Shown: positions 19,536 through 29,950 of the stretch, in pieces
How the letters are laid out: each line of letters starts with the position of its first letter
Position numbering within the stretch: the first letter of the stretch is position 1
Origin: Nitrososphaerota archaeon
GTDB lineage: Archaea > Thermoproteota > EX4484-205 > JAAOZP01
Assembly: GCA_011605725.1 (NCBI GenBank)
Contig: JAAOZP010000017.1
Coordinates: forward strand, 96,001-160,000
Reading direction: 5' to 3'
DNA length: 64,000 nucleotides
Made by a program: the position numbers and the translations under genes
Notes under the pieces: model-generated
Told to the model about the DNA's origin: nothing
The model's database searches: none
What the model saw: only the letters and a program-made list of their open reading frames with translations

Positions 19536-21245
19536 ATGGATGAAGAGGAAGTTAAAAGAATTTTCGCTCAGGTTAGGAGTGAACTTTACTTTCCGCCATG
19601 CGAATTAGAGATAAAGGATGATGGTGGAAATGATACTCCATTCTTCGTGGCAAATTCGAAAGTAAACATTTCGCTGAATGCAGTTCCGAAAAAGGTTGAT
19701 TACGGAAAATACCTCAGATCAGTTATAAGACATGAGATCGCCCACTTACACTACTGTCCTTACGACATTAGGACAGCCTATGAGCTTATTAGGGAAGCGT
19801 ATAAAGCATGTAAGGATTGGAACACTGCTTACTTCTCGCTCCTGCTATTTTCCGACTTAAACGTTGACTGCTTCTATCTTTTAAACAGGTTTGGCGAAAT
19901 ACCGTACCACGTCGACCAGTTCCTCGATTCGAATCAACGAGGAATCGGCAGGTATATTCAGGCAGCTTATAGACATGTCTTGAGAAAAAGCGGGCGAGAG
20001 TACGACTATAATGTTGAAAACGTATCCAGGCAAATCAGCATAGTGATGAGGTCTGAAAGAAACTGGTTCAACAAGGTGAGCCTGATAGCACTAATACTTT
20101 CCCTGAACAAGGTTAGGTTTGAAATACCTAGGCGCCTCGCCGGCCCAAGCATGAACATCCCTTTGAGGGAAGACCTTAGCAAGAACACTGTTGAGAAAAT
20201 CAGCGAGGTCCTTGGCGGGATAAAAAGTAGTGAGGAGGCCAGAAGGTTTTACGAATACTGGGTCAAATCAAGATTGAAAAACTCAGAGCTTGAAAAGGCT
20301 AAGAAAATATTTGAGAAAAAAGGGGTGAGAGAAGGCGAGAGAAAAAGCGGGAAGGGGAAAACTGAAAAAATAAGCCGTTCTAAACCCGAGGGTGGAAAAG
20401 AACCAAAGTTACCTACGAGCCTAAGCAAGCCATACTCAGGGTTAACTAGCAAAATGGTTGAAGAGCTTTTCTGGAAAGTATTCTGGTATAGGGCTAGGGC
20501 TATGAGAACGATGCTGATATATCTCGAGGAGGGAAGGAGGCCTGAGCCGAACCTGGCAATATCCAGTTACCCTATGGATTGGAATATTGAGGACGAGGTT
20601 GAAGACCTTGACCTAGAATCCAGCTTAGACGAGGGGAGGCTTCGAGTTGAAATAAATACAGTGAAATGGAGGAGCGAGATTAAGGGCAAGGGAAGCAACC
20701 TAACAATAAGCAATGTCCCTTCGAGCCTAGTTGTTTTAGACGCAAGCAGAAGTATGCAGGATGTGTTCGACAATGCTGCAACCTCAGCGTTTATAAACCT
20801 GCTTTCCGTAGAGAGGATAGGGGGTAAAACCGCCTCAATCACTTTTTCAACAGAATTCTACTCGGTTGACTGGAATGGTTCAACGCTTGAAAAGGAAGTA
20901 GCATTATCTCTTTACCTCGGAGGCATGACGATACTTCCTCTGAACGAGATCATGAGGCTCATCTCTGAAAGCGAGAACAGGGTTTTGATCAACATCATAA
21001 CAGACTGCGGCTGGCAGAACATTGAGGAGGCTCTTCCAATTCTAGAGCAAATAGTTAGAGAAGGCCATGGAGTTAAAATATTTTACCTGCATGGTGGGAA
21101 ATACCCGGAGAACGTGAAGATGGTGAGCAGGGTTGGTGGAATAAGGATTATTCCAGTAAAGGATCCTGAGACTGACTTGCAATATTTGGTTACTAAAGAA
21201 ACAAGCCAGGACTACGGGGGTTCTGTACTGGTTTTCAAAGCCTAG
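19536..21245 (+). CDS. HEXXH metallopeptidase-like domain + vWA (MIDAS) domain protein
   Basis: RHEIAH with downstream D; K/G-rich linker; LDASRSM, GGMT, IITD. Confidence 0.8.
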   Translation: MDEEEVKRIFAQVRSELYFPPCELEIKDDGGNDTPFFVANSKVNISLNAVPKKVDYGKYLRSVIRHEIAHLHYCPYDIRTAYELIREAYKACKDWNTAYFSLLLFSDLNVDCFYLLNRFGEIPYHVDQFLDSNQRGIGRYIQAAYRHVLRKSGREYDYNVENVSRQISIVMRSERNWFNKVSLIALILSLNKVRFEIPRRLAGPSMNIPLREDLSKNTVEKISEVLGGIKSSEEARRFYEYWVKSRLKNSELEKAKKIFEKKGVREGERKSGKGKTEKISRSKPEGGKEPKLPTSLSKPYSGLTSKMVEELFWKVFWYRARAMRTMLIYLEEGRRPEPNLAISSYPMDWNIEDEVEDLDLESSLDEGRLRVEINTVKWRSEIKGKGSNLTISNVPSSLVVLDASRSMQDVFDNAATSAFINLLSVERIGGKTASITFSTEFYSVDWNGSTLEKEVALSLYLGGMTILPLNEIMRLISESENRVLINIITDCGWQNIEEALPILEQIVREGHGVKIFYLHGGKYPENVKMVSRVGGIRIIPVKDPETDLQYLVTKETSQDYGGSVLVFKA

Positions 21246-21359
21246 TTTAAAACCTTTACTTAAACTGCAAGCAACACTCGCATTATTCAGGGTGTTCGTA
21301 TTTCTGGACACCTTATTCACACCAATACGGTTAAAAACAGCTTTTTAGAATGGCAGACC

Positions 21360-22199
21360 GTGGTTGAAATGGAGGCGTTCAACAGTAAATGGGTGCTAAT
21401 ACTCGGTTTAATTGCTGTTGTAACCACGGGTGTGAATCTTGCTCTATTGGCGAGAACATACCCCGTCCTCACCGGTCAATCGACCAGCCTCGAGGAATAC
21501 CGTTTTACGATTTCAGATAGCTCTGTTAAAAACTCCGGTATTCCTTCCCTGAACTATGGGCAGGCTGAGCAACAGGTGAAGACGATAAGCGTTACAGGCA
21601 CCGGTGTTGTTAAGGCTAAGCCCGACAGGGTGGTTATAAGCCTGAGCGTGGTCACGCAGGCGGATACTGCGGAGAAAGCAGTTTCAGAGAACACGGATAA
21701 AATGGACCGCGTTATAAAGGCTGTTAGAGCCATGGGAATTCTTGAGAACCAGACAGAAACATCAGCGTACAGCTTGAATCCCGTTTTTGAGTATCCTAGG
21801 GAGGGCTCGCCCCGGATAGTCGGCTACACGTGTAGCAACACGATCAGGGTTACGGTTAAGGATTTGAACAAGGTGGGAGGGGTAATTGATGCTGCGGTTT
21901 CGGCTGGTGCGAACCAGGTTTCATCCCTCCAATTCACGATCTCCGAGGAAGCGATGCGTCAACTCGGGCTGAACGCTCTAAGCCTTGCTGTGAAAGACGC
22001 CGCCTTAAAAGCCAGTACGATAGCTACTGCTGCCGGAGTAACGCTGATAGGCCCAGTTTCAATAAGCCTCTCCGGATACTCACCTTACGTTAGAAGCTAC
22101 GCTTTCGAATCCATTTCCGGAAGCTTCCAGACGCCAATACTTTCACCGGAGGAGGTCAGCATAACGGTTACTGTTTCAGCCGTTTATGAGTTCAAATAA
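21360..22199 (+). CDS. SIMPL/DUF541 (YggE-like) membrane-anchored protein
   Basis: TISVTGTGVVKAKPD, IDAAVSAGANQV; N-terminal TM. Confidence 0.9.
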   Translation: MVEMEAFNSKWVLILGLIAVVTTGVNLALLARTYPVLTGQSTSLEEYRFTISDSSVKNSGIPSLNYGQAEQQVKTISVTGTGVVKAKPDRVVISLSVVTQADTAEKAVSENTDKMDRVIKAVRAMGILENQTETSAYSLNPVFEYPREGSPRIVGYTCSNTIRVTVKDLNKVGGVIDAAVSAGANQVSSLQFTISEEAMRQLGLNALSLAVKDAALKASTIATAAGVTLIGPVSISLSGYSPYVRSYAFESISGSFQTPILSPEEVSITVTVSAVYEFK

Positions 22200-22241
22200 A
22201 AAGTTTAAGACCTTTTCAACACTTAATCAGCGTGCTGCTCG

Positions 22242-22706
22242 TTGAGCGAGGAGGAACTTGAGTATAAGCTGCGTGGAAAAACGCTTCAAGTCTATCTTTA
22301 CCTGATAAGGTCCGGCACAGATGAGAGCCATGGTGTTAGGGAGATTCAGAGGGCGCTTGGCTTCAAGAGTCCAAGCATAGCCTCATATCATCTTGAGAAG
22401 CTAAGGGAGCTCGGCCTCCTTGCAAAGGATGAGAATGGCGATTACCGTGTTGCTAAGGAAGTCAACGTAGGACTTTTGAAGCTCTATATTAAGATAGGTG
22501 AGCTCAGGCTACCGAGGTTCCTACTCTACGCGTGCCTCATAACCAGCATGGTGGTGACATACCTGCTGGCTTACCCTCAAACATTGAGCCCACATAATCT
22601 TTTTGCACTGCTGATAAGCATCTCCTCACTCGTAATACTATGGGGTGAAACCTTTCTGATTATAAGGGAAACAAGGTTTAAAAACAGGCGTCCCGAGAAA
22701 CGTTAA
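22242..22706 (+). CDS. Winged-HTH regulator with two C-terminal TM helices
   Basis: TLQVYLYL, GVREIQRALGFKSPSIASYHLEKLRELGL, then two hydrophobic segments. Confidence 0.8.
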   Translation: MSEEELEYKLRGKTLQVYLYLIRSGTDESHGVREIQRALGFKSPSIASYHLEKLRELGLLAKDENGDYRVAKEVNVGLLKLYIKIGELRLPRFLLYACLITSMVVTYLLAYPQTLSPHNLFALLISISSLVILWGETFLIIRETRFKNRRPEKR

Positions 22707-22879
22707 AGCTAGCATCAATATTAAAACTGCCTTAAGATGTTTTAAGAACCTTCGCTTCAACGCATCTTTAACAACTCCAGTAAACCATAGTGACAAGGCT
22801 TGATAACCCTATTGAGAAAAAGCCTGGATAAGGGTTGGCCTGAGAAAAGCTAAAAGCACCTCGTGTGTTTGAAAAAGAC

Positions 22880-23692
22880 ATGTGCAGGCTGCTGGGAGCA
22901 ATTTTCGCCGAAACCGGCAGTATCCAGCATCATTTTTTAAACTCGGAATGCTCGCTCTTTACTCAAGCGGTTAAAGGAAGGCAGTCGGACGGCTGGGGGA
23001 TAGGTTTCTACTCGCAGGGAAACAATCCAGTAATCTTCAAAAGCGATAAGCCTGTTTACGAAGACAAGGAGGAGTTTGAAAAGGCTGTTAAATCCACCAT
23101 GGGCAGAATAATCATCGCACACGTGAGAAAAGCCAGTAACCCTATGGGGTTAGCAAGGGAAATGCTCATATCACTCGAAAACTCTCAGCCTTTCAGTTAT
23201 TCTAACTATGTTTTAGCGCATAATGGCACGATTAACATACCTGACGAAGTTTCAAAGAGGCTGGGCCCCTACGCAAAACTGATAAAAGGGCGAAACGATA
23301 GTGAGGTATACTTTTATCTGCTGCTAAGTCTTATTGAGAAAGAGGGGGATGTGACCAATGCTTTCAAAAAAGTTGAGCACACGTTGATGAAAATCTTCCT
23401 GGAAGAGAAAGTTAGCAGGTTTGAAACCCCGTTCACCAGTTTGAATACAATATTCTCAGACGGAAACAGGCTCTACGCCTTCACAAGATACCTCTACAAC
23501 CCTGGCCCATCAATGTGCTACGGAGACGCACCAATATACGAGATGTGTTTTAAAATCAGTAGTGACCACATAGTAGTCGCGTCAGAGAAAACAGAGAGAG
23601 GCGACTGGGTTCCCTTGAAAAACAATAGTCTGCTCGTATGCTGGGTTGAAGGAGGAGAATTGAAACATAAAGTGCTTGATCTCAATGTTTAA
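22880..23692 (+). CDS. Class II glutamine amidotransferase (YafJ/EgtC-like Ntn hydrolase)
   Basis: MCRLLG, DGWG, AHVRKAS, HNGTI, DSE, VASE. Confidence 0.9.
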   Translation: MCRLLGAIFAETGSIQHHFLNSECSLFTQAVKGRQSDGWGIGFYSQGNNPVIFKSDKPVYEDKEEFEKAVKSTMGRIIIAHVRKASNPMGLAREMLISLENSQPFSYSNYVLAHNGTINIPDEVSKRLGPYAKLIKGRNDSEVYFYLLLSLIEKEGDVTNAFKKVEHTLMKIFLEEKVSRFETPFTSLNTIFSDGNRLYAFTRYLYNPGPSMCYGDAPIYEMCFKISSDHIVVASEKTERGDWVPLKNNSLLVCWVEGGELKHKVLDLNV

Positions 23693-23750
23693 AAAGAGTA
23701 TACACGGGAGCATGCGCCTTAACACGCATTGTTAGTTGAAAGATAGTGCG

Positions 23751-24794
23751 CTAAAAAAGAAAAGGCTTAGGAACAATCTTTCTCAGAAGCCTTAAAACCT
23801 CTCCACGCTTCCCTGCAAAAACATCTATATCGGAATCAGCGTAAGATATGAAGTAATCCTTGACTCTAACAGCCGGCTTAAAGTGGAGCTCAATCTCTCC
23901 GAAACAAAGATCTGAACCGGAATTGTAGGATTGAACACACCCTTTCGGACCATCTGGATCAGCCTTCGCAACGTCGAGACACTCCTCCTGGCTAACCGGG
24001 GCCATCATGGTACTCATAGATAAGAGGAAAACCTCATTCTTCCCGTGCTCCACATAATAAAGTATTCTTGAGCAGCCTGGTTGAGCAATATCTTCCGGAG
24101 CTATGCCCAGCTTATAGATAGCGGCTCCGTCTATTTTGAACGAAACATGGTCGCTGGAGACCTTTAACCTGTCTCCCGGTATTTTCCCGAAGTAGTGAAT
24201 AGGCTTAGCACCCCTGCGCGTAGGAATAATTACTGTGCCACTCCTACTCTCCCCGGGACGCACCTGTGTTAAAGACCAAAGGTTTATCCCGTTTTTCACC
24301 TGCCCCTTGGCCACCATAGCGTCCCTGACCCTAATCCAAACATGCTCTAAACCCCTTCTAACACGCGTGCCGTTAATGGAAAACCGTCTTGAAAAAGATA
24401 AGCGGATCCTAGTCTGACTCGCAAAATCCTCCAGCTCCGCCTCCCCCTCGAGGTCGACACTCTTCCCACTGGAGCTAACTATGGACCAGCTCCCAGGGTC
24501 GAGTGAAGACTGACATAGCCACTCTTCAAAGCTGTCAGGCTTTCTATAGTAGAACCTTCTCTCTGGAGAAACCCAAAGCCTATTTCCTCCGATATTCCAG
24601 TCTCTCCTACTGATTAAGTCGCTCAGGTTCTTCGCAACCCAGAACGGGTTCTGTCTTTCTCCGATGAAGACACCAAGTATCCTCGCACCGTACTCAGTCA
24701 CTAGTACCGACCCAGCTTCACTCTCCAGGGTCAACGTCTTGACGGAGCCCTCCAGAGCCTTAAGCAGCCCCTTCCTACGGTGAATTTCCAGCAA
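23751..24794 (-). CDS. Conserved hypothetical protein, galactose-mutarotase-like fold (DUF6786/DUF4380-like)
   Basis: YGARILG, WNIGGNRLWVSPE, QSYNSG, FGEIELH; start uncertain (TTG 24794 fits TATA spacing). Confidence 0.55.
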   Translation of the reverse strand: MLEIHRRKGLLKALEGSVKTLTLESEAGSVLVTEYGARILGVFIGERQNPFWVAKNLSDLISRRDWNIGGNRLWVSPERRFYYRKPDSFEEWLCQSSLDPGSWSIVSSSGKSVDLEGEAELEDFASQTRIRLSFSRRFSINGTRVRRGLEHVWIRVRDAMVAKGQVKNGINLWSLTQVRPGESRSGTVIIPTRRGAKPIHYFGKIPGDRLKVSSDHVSFKIDGAAIYKLGIAPEDIAQPGCSRILYYVEHGKNEVFLLSMSTMMAPVSQEECLDVAKADPDGPKGCVQSYNSGSDLCFGEIELHFKPAVRVKDYFISYADSDIDVFAGKRGEVLRLLRKIVPKPFLF

Positions 24795-24941
24795 CCCGAT
24801 GAGAAGATTCACAGGTAGAAAATAAGTTTTTTGCAACGGGAGATGAACCATACTTTAAAAGCGGCCTGTCTAACTTTTAGAACACTTTCCTAAGCCTGTT
24901 CCAAACAATAGTGATAAATACTGCTTTAAGGAGAGAGCATC

Positions 24942-25784
24942 GTGAGCATGAAGACATTTGTTTACCTACTGGCTCTAACAGCATTAATTCTTGCAGGAGC
25001 AGTAGGCACGGTGATGCTCAGGCTTCAAAAAGTACAGGAAAAAATCATGGAGCTAACTGTATCCGGCGGTTTCTGGGCAAGGATGGAGAAATTCGAGTTT
25101 TACGAGAACGGCAGCATTATTTATCGCGATCTTACTAGAAACATTGAGAATTCCACGTCAATACCTCATTCAACACTGATGGAGTTGATAGGAAGGATGA
25201 AACTCCTTCTTGAAGCGTATCCAGAAGGCTTGAAACTGGAACCCATGGGAGGAGCAGACTACTTCACATATAACCTGAGCATCTACAGTAACGGTAGGAC
25301 GACGACCTATTATTGGACAGATGTTAGTGAAGAACAGCCTGAGGAACTCTCTTACCTAGCTAGTCTACTGCATGGAATGAACAGTTTTGCAGCAGGCTAC
25401 TGGAAAATAGTTTTTTACCTTAAAACTGAAAAGCTGGCTTTTAACAAGGGTGAAACGTTAAAGATGTTTGCAGTAGCCATTAACCCCAGCCGGAGCGATT
25501 TTCAATACGCTTCTCCAACGCCCTGCTACCCGGATTTCAGGATTCAGCTACGAACCCCAAGCGGCGAGACTGTTGAACTCTTCCCGGTTGGTTATGATCC
25601 TAAAAAACGCTGTATTCAAGTTGTTCAAAACCGTACTTTAAAACCAGGCGACACGATTCAGTTAGAGTACAACTATACTTTCAGCGAGGAGGGCACTTAC
25701 GTTGTTGAAGCCTATTTTCCATATGCGGAATGGAGTGCAACAAGATACGTAAGCATGCTCATGATCACGGTGCACAGATTTTAA
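24942..25784 (+). CDS. Membrane-anchored/secreted protein with emfourin-like and BsuPI-like (Ig-fold) domains
   Basis: N-terminal signal anchor; VSGGF...GADYFTYNLSI; KTEKLAFNKGETL..AINPS...LKPGDT..GTYVV. Confidence 0.5.
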   Translation: MSMKTFVYLLALTALILAGAVGTVMLRLQKVQEKIMELTVSGGFWARMEKFEFYENGSIIYRDLTRNIENSTSIPHSTLMELIGRMKLLLEAYPEGLKLEPMGGADYFTYNLSIYSNGRTTTYYWTDVSEEQPEELSYLASLLHGMNSFAAGYWKIVFYLKTEKLAFNKGETLKMFAVAINPSRSDFQYASPTPCYPDFRIQLRTPSGETVELFPVGYDPKKRCIQVVQNRTLKPGDTIQLEYNYTFSEEGTYVVEAYFPYAEWSATRYVSMLMITVHRF

Positions 25785-26096
25785 TCCTCCAAGCTAATCT
25801 CCAATTCGGTTTAACGGGACACGACAGGGTTGCGCCGAGTATAGGAAGAGAAACCAGCGGTAAGCATAATGAGAATACTTGTTCATCATGGTGCTGCGAT
25901 GAATTAAACTGTTTAACACGCTCTTTAATCAGAGACCCTGCAACCAGTTTCTATAGGATCCTCTGGTCTACTATGGGTCTTGAAGCTTTCTGGAGAAGAA
26001 CGATACAGGTAGCGCCTGAAGAGGATTGCCAGTAAGCCTACGGGATTTAGATAAACGCTTGCACCGACAGGCTGGTGGTTTTAAAAATCTCAGGAA

Positions 26097-26576
26097 CTAC
26101 TTCTTAGCCAAGCAGGAGGCCAGTTTTGCTAGTCTCCGACCCATCCTTCTGCAGAGCTCCAGATCCTCTTCATCAGGTTTCCCAACGCAGGCCGCTCCGT
26201 AATGCTTATTCTCAGGGTCTCCCTGGATAATCATGCCGTGGACAAGTAGGGCTTGCAGTATTGACATGAGGGTTGTTTCAGCTCCTGTCGCGCTTCCCCC
26301 TGAGGATGTAAACGCGCCTCCAACCTTTCCCTCAAGCTTCCCATGTATCTTTACGGTTTCATCCAGCAGCCTCTTAACAGGAGCAGCCATCAACCCGTAA
26401 TACGTTGGAGACCCTATTATTATTACATCTGATTCGACCAGGTCTTTCAAAGAGGTGTTTTCAACTCGCTTAAGCTTAACGTTAACCCCCTTAATCTCCT
26501 TGGCTCCCTCTGCTATTGCTCTCGCCATTCTTTCCGTGTTCTTAGTTTTAGAATAGTATGTTACCAACACTCTCAT
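26097..26576 (-). CDS. Flavodoxin/WrbA-like NAD(P)H-dependent oxidoreductase
   Basis: YYSKTKNTERMA, GSPTYYG, GKVGGAFTSSGG. Confidence 0.9.
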   Translation of the reverse strand: MRVLVTYYSKTKNTERMARAIAEGAKEIKGVNVKLKRVENTSLKDLVESDVIIIGSPTYYGLMAAPVKRLLDETVKIHGKLEGKVGGAFTSSGGSATGAETTLMSILQALLVHGMIIQGDPENKHYGAACVGKPDEEDLELCRRMGRRLAKLASCLAKK

Positions 26577-26691
26577 TTCAACCAACCATTTAAGTATTGA
26601 ACCTGAAGATAAAAACTTTGCAGCGAACAACCCTACCTGTAACAGGTTAAGCTGGACGGGTGTCAGGATTAAACACTAGGGTTAAAACTGT

Positions 26692-28683
26692 TTATGTTTT
26701 AACTTGTGCTCTAGAGGAACCGTCTTCCTGAACACTCACCTCTATAATGTTTGAAGCCTCCTCCTCACAAATATCGTAGTGTGTTACGAGTATCATTTGA
26801 GAGAGCTGTTTGGAGGCTTCCCCTATGTAGCTTGCAACCTGGGGCAGGTTTTCCGAATCAATGCCGTAAGTAGGCTCATCAAGTATAAGAAGCGAATTCA
26901 AGCCTAGAGCATCAAGGAGCGCTAGGCGTATGGCTAGAGCAAGAATAGTTTGATGCCCTCCCCCAACTCTAGTTGCCGGAATAGGGTCGGTTAATCCTTT
27001 CGGATGCACTAAAACAGAATAATCCTCCGGGTTTATGATTATGGCGTCGTAAACATGCTGATCCGTCATAGCCCTATAGTATTCTAATGCTCGGAACTCT
27101 ATACGTTTTATCAGTTCCCTCCTCCTGGTTTCAACAGCCTGGTCGAAGAGTTGGGAAAGCCTGTGTGCGAGACCAGCCTTCTCAACCCTTCTTTTAAGCT
27201 CGTTCAGCAGCCTCCTATAGTCCTCTAATTTCTTACTGGTATCTGCTCTAATACTCTTCTTCTTCTCTAAAATCTTCTTCTTCTCAGCAAGCTCACTCCT
27301 CCTCCTGGCTAACTCCTCTGGCTGGAGGGGGAGCTGTTGGGCTAGCTTCAGCTTCAGTTCAGGATCCTCGTGGGTGAAAGGCAGTTCAAGGACTGTCAGT
27401 TTCTCCTTTATCATAGTCAAGGTTTCACTCCTTATTTTAACGAGGCTTTCAGCAGAATCCAAATATTCTTTTAGACGGTTTTTCAGGGCCCTCATCCTTG
27501 AGGACTCTACTTCAGCAGTGTTTATTTTTTCAACGAGTTTTTGAAGCTCAACGTTTTTCATCTCATAAGCCTTCCTCGCGTCAGCCTCTTCGAGACTGGC
27601 CTTGGCTAAAGAGTTGCGATCCTCTTCTAGAATCCTCTGGATTACTGCGGGTTGCAAGTCTTGTCCGCAAGTTGGGCATTTAGAAGCCCCGCTTCCAGCG
27701 AGAGACTCTCGCTCCCTTACTTGCTTCGCAAGGCTTTCAACACGGCTTTTCACGCTTAACCATTTCTCCATGGAGGCTTCAAGCTCCTTCTTCAAACTGT
27801 TTCTCGCTGCTTTCAGCGTTTCCAACTCCTTGTCGCATAGACTTGTTTTCTCCTCCAACTCCTTAATCGAAGAGACGCCTGCATTCTCAAGAAGCTCCTG
27901 GCTCTTTGAATAAATCTTCTTCAGCTCTTCCTCAACCTCCTCCCTCTTCCTAATGCAGTCGAGAAGCTCGGTTAACTCTGTTGATTCAGCCTTTTTCAAA
28001 AGGTTTTCAAGATCCTGAACCTCCTTATTCAAACGACCAATGTCTTCATCCATCTGTCTTAGGCTGGAATCAAGCTCCAATACTCGCTCCTCAAGATTCT
28101 GAAGCTCGGTTGCAACATCCTTCCCGTTAAACCTCTCGAGCTCTCTCCATGCTCCATCCAACTGTTCACGCAGCTCTCTCAAAAGAGTTATCCCCAGTAC
28201 TGAATCCATTTGTTCTTTCTGCGGCTCCAGTACCTCTGTTAACCTACCCTGCCTAATATACACCAGGTTGATAAACCTCCTTAAACTCATCCCGAGAAGT
28301 TCAGTAATCCTGCTCCTCAAGTCTTCCTCGCCCTCTAGAGACACGTTTCTACCGTTAACCCGGAGTAATCGTTCCCCTGTCCTGTAATCCCCGTTCCTGT
28401 CTAAACTGCCTCTCCTCTCAACCTCAACGATCTGGCCGTTAACCGGGCTTCTGAACCTTACGTAGACACTCATCTCGCCTGAACCCGGCAGCTTTGAAAC
28501 CAGTAGCTTCGGCCTAGCCTCCGGCACCTCGCCGAAAAGCGCGAACGTCAACGCGTTGAGCAAAGTAGTTTTACCCGTTGAATTCCTACCTTTTATGAGG
28601 TTAAGCCCGGCTGAGAAATCCAGTTGAACATTCCTGTAACGCTCCAGGTTTCGGAGTCTAAGCGTTTCGATTAAACCACTCAT
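26692..28683 (-). CDS. rad50: Rad50/SbcC-family ATPase
   Basis: Walker A GRNSTGKT, Q-loop YIRQG, zinc hook CPTCG, Walker B LLILDEPT, VTH. Confidence 0.88.
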   Translation of the reverse strand: MSGLIETLRLRNLERYRNVQLDFSAGLNLIKGRNSTGKTTLLNALTFALFGEVPEARPKLLVSKLPGSGEMSVYVRFRSPVNGQIVEVERRGSLDRNGDYRTGERLLRVNGRNVSLEGEEDLRSRITELLGMSLRRFINLVYIRQGRLTEVLEPQKEQMDSVLGITLLRELREQLDGAWRELERFNGKDVATELQNLEERVLELDSSLRQMDEDIGRLNKEVQDLENLLKKAESTELTELLDCIRKREEVEEELKKIYSKSQELLENAGVSSIKELEEKTSLCDKELETLKAARNSLKKELEASMEKWLSVKSRVESLAKQVRERESLAGSGASKCPTCGQDLQPAVIQRILEEDRNSLAKASLEEADARKAYEMKNVELQKLVEKINTAEVESSRMRALKNRLKEYLDSAESLVKIRSETLTMIKEKLTVLELPFTHEDPELKLKLAQQLPLQPEELARRRSELAEKKKILEKKKSIRADTSKKLEDYRRLLNELKRRVEKAGLAHRLSQLFDQAVETRRRELIKRIEFRALEYYRAMTDQHVYDAIIINPEDYSVLVHPKGLTDPIPATRVGGGHQTILALAIRLALLDALGLNSLLILDEPTYGIDSENLPQVASYIGEASKQLSQMILVTHYDICEEEASNIIEVSVQEDGSSRAQVKT

Positions 28684-28684
28684 T

Positions 28685-29944
28685 TCAACCACCTGCTTTC
28701 TCTAAAATCTGAATCCAGCGTTTTACGAATCTGCTCCTATCGGAATCCGTGAGAAGCCCTGTTCTCTGGCTTGCCTTTTCATCGAGAGTTATACTTAGCT
28801 CCTCCACGATCTTCATCGCTTCATCCGACGCTTCCCCGAGCGATTTCAAAATCTCCATCGCATAGTCGATACCACTGCCAAGTCTAGTGAAGACGGCTTT
28901 CTGCCTAACATCTTCAACACGATTAACCAAGTCGACATGCAGCAACCTGGTTGAAACGGTTTTCTTCACAATCTCCCTACGGAGACACATATCTATGTTA
29001 TGCGGATCATTCTCAGCGTATCCGCTTAAAACTATACGAAGCACCCCATCAATACCCCTTGTCTGAAGATCTGACGAGTAGGCTTCCATCTCGCGAACAG
29101 ACTGCTCGATGAACCATTCGCAAGGTTTCACCGCGCCTTTTGAATCCACTTTGACGTTGCGTATTTCATGCAGAGGCTTTATCGGTATGAACCTTACTCG
29201 TTCCCCTTCTAACACATAGACGCCGAAGGGACCTTCGTCAGACAGGTCAACCGCCTCAGTTGCACCAGGCGTTAGAAAAAGCGTCCCGTTATTTTCCATC
29301 GGGTTAGCCCTCTCATGATAGTGCCCGGCTAAAACAATATCGACCCCAAGCTCGTCGAAATCCCTTACAGTAAGACAGTTATGCGGCGGGACTCCCGGAG
29401 GAATCTCGTGATACCCCTGAATAAAATTGTGGATTACGAGAATCTTAATCCCTCCCCCTTTCTCAAACCCTCTCTGGATCATGTTCCTGATATTCTTAAA
29501 AACACGCGATATATACGGATGGTAAGGTAACCCTATCAACCGGATGCCGTTGAAAAAATAGGATTCCTCCTCCCCTCTTATCGCAGCCTCACCAACTACC
29601 TTAAGATATTTTGCTAGAGGATGCTTAACGAAATCTAGAGCATTATTGTCTATAGTACCATCATGGTTCCCCCTAACTAGGAAAATGGAAACTTCTCCAC
29701 CGTGTTCTCCGTGAAGGGAGTTAACTAGGCGCTGCAACTCTTCCTTAACGAAAACACTGTCCTCAGACACCATGCTCCGCTTCTCAAAAAGGTCTCCTGC
29801 ATGAACCACGCATTCTACCTCCTCCTCTATGAAAATATTAATGGCCTGAGTAAAGGCGTGGCGATAAGCGTTCCTCCTGAGATCACCGACCTCCCTAGGT
29901 ATGTTCCTACCTATATGGGTGTCAGAGAAAACCCCTATCTTCAT
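28685..29944 (-). CDS. mre11: Mre11/SbcD nuclease
   Basis: Phosphoesterase motifs DTH, GDLF, GNHD, H, GHYH. Confidence 0.9.
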   Translation of the reverse strand: MKIGVFSDTHIGRNIPREVGDLRRNAYRHAFTQAINIFIEEEVECVVHAGDLFEKRSMVSEDSVFVKEELQRLVNSLHGEHGGEVSIFLVRGNHDGTIDNNALDFVKHPLAKYLKVVGEAAIRGEEESYFFNGIRLIGLPYHPYISRVFKNIRNMIQRGFEKGGGIKILVIHNFIQGYHEIPPGVPPHNCLTVRDFDELGVDIVLAGHYHERANPMENNGTLFLTPGATEAVDLSDEGPFGVYVLEGERVRFIPIKPLHEIRNVKVDSKGAVKPCEWFIEQSVREMEAYSSDLQTRGIDGVLRIVLSGYAENDPHNIDMCLRREIVKKTVSTRLLHVDLVNRVEDVRQKAVFTRLGSGIDYAMEILKSLGEASDEAMKIVEELSITLDEKASQRTGLLTDSDRSRFVKRWIQILEKAGG

Positions 29945-29950
29945 CTTATC

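Noticed and set aside
25730-26035. 101-aa plus-strand ORF in the gap before the flavodoxin gene
   Set aside because: Overlaps the upstream gene out of frame, atypical composition, no motif
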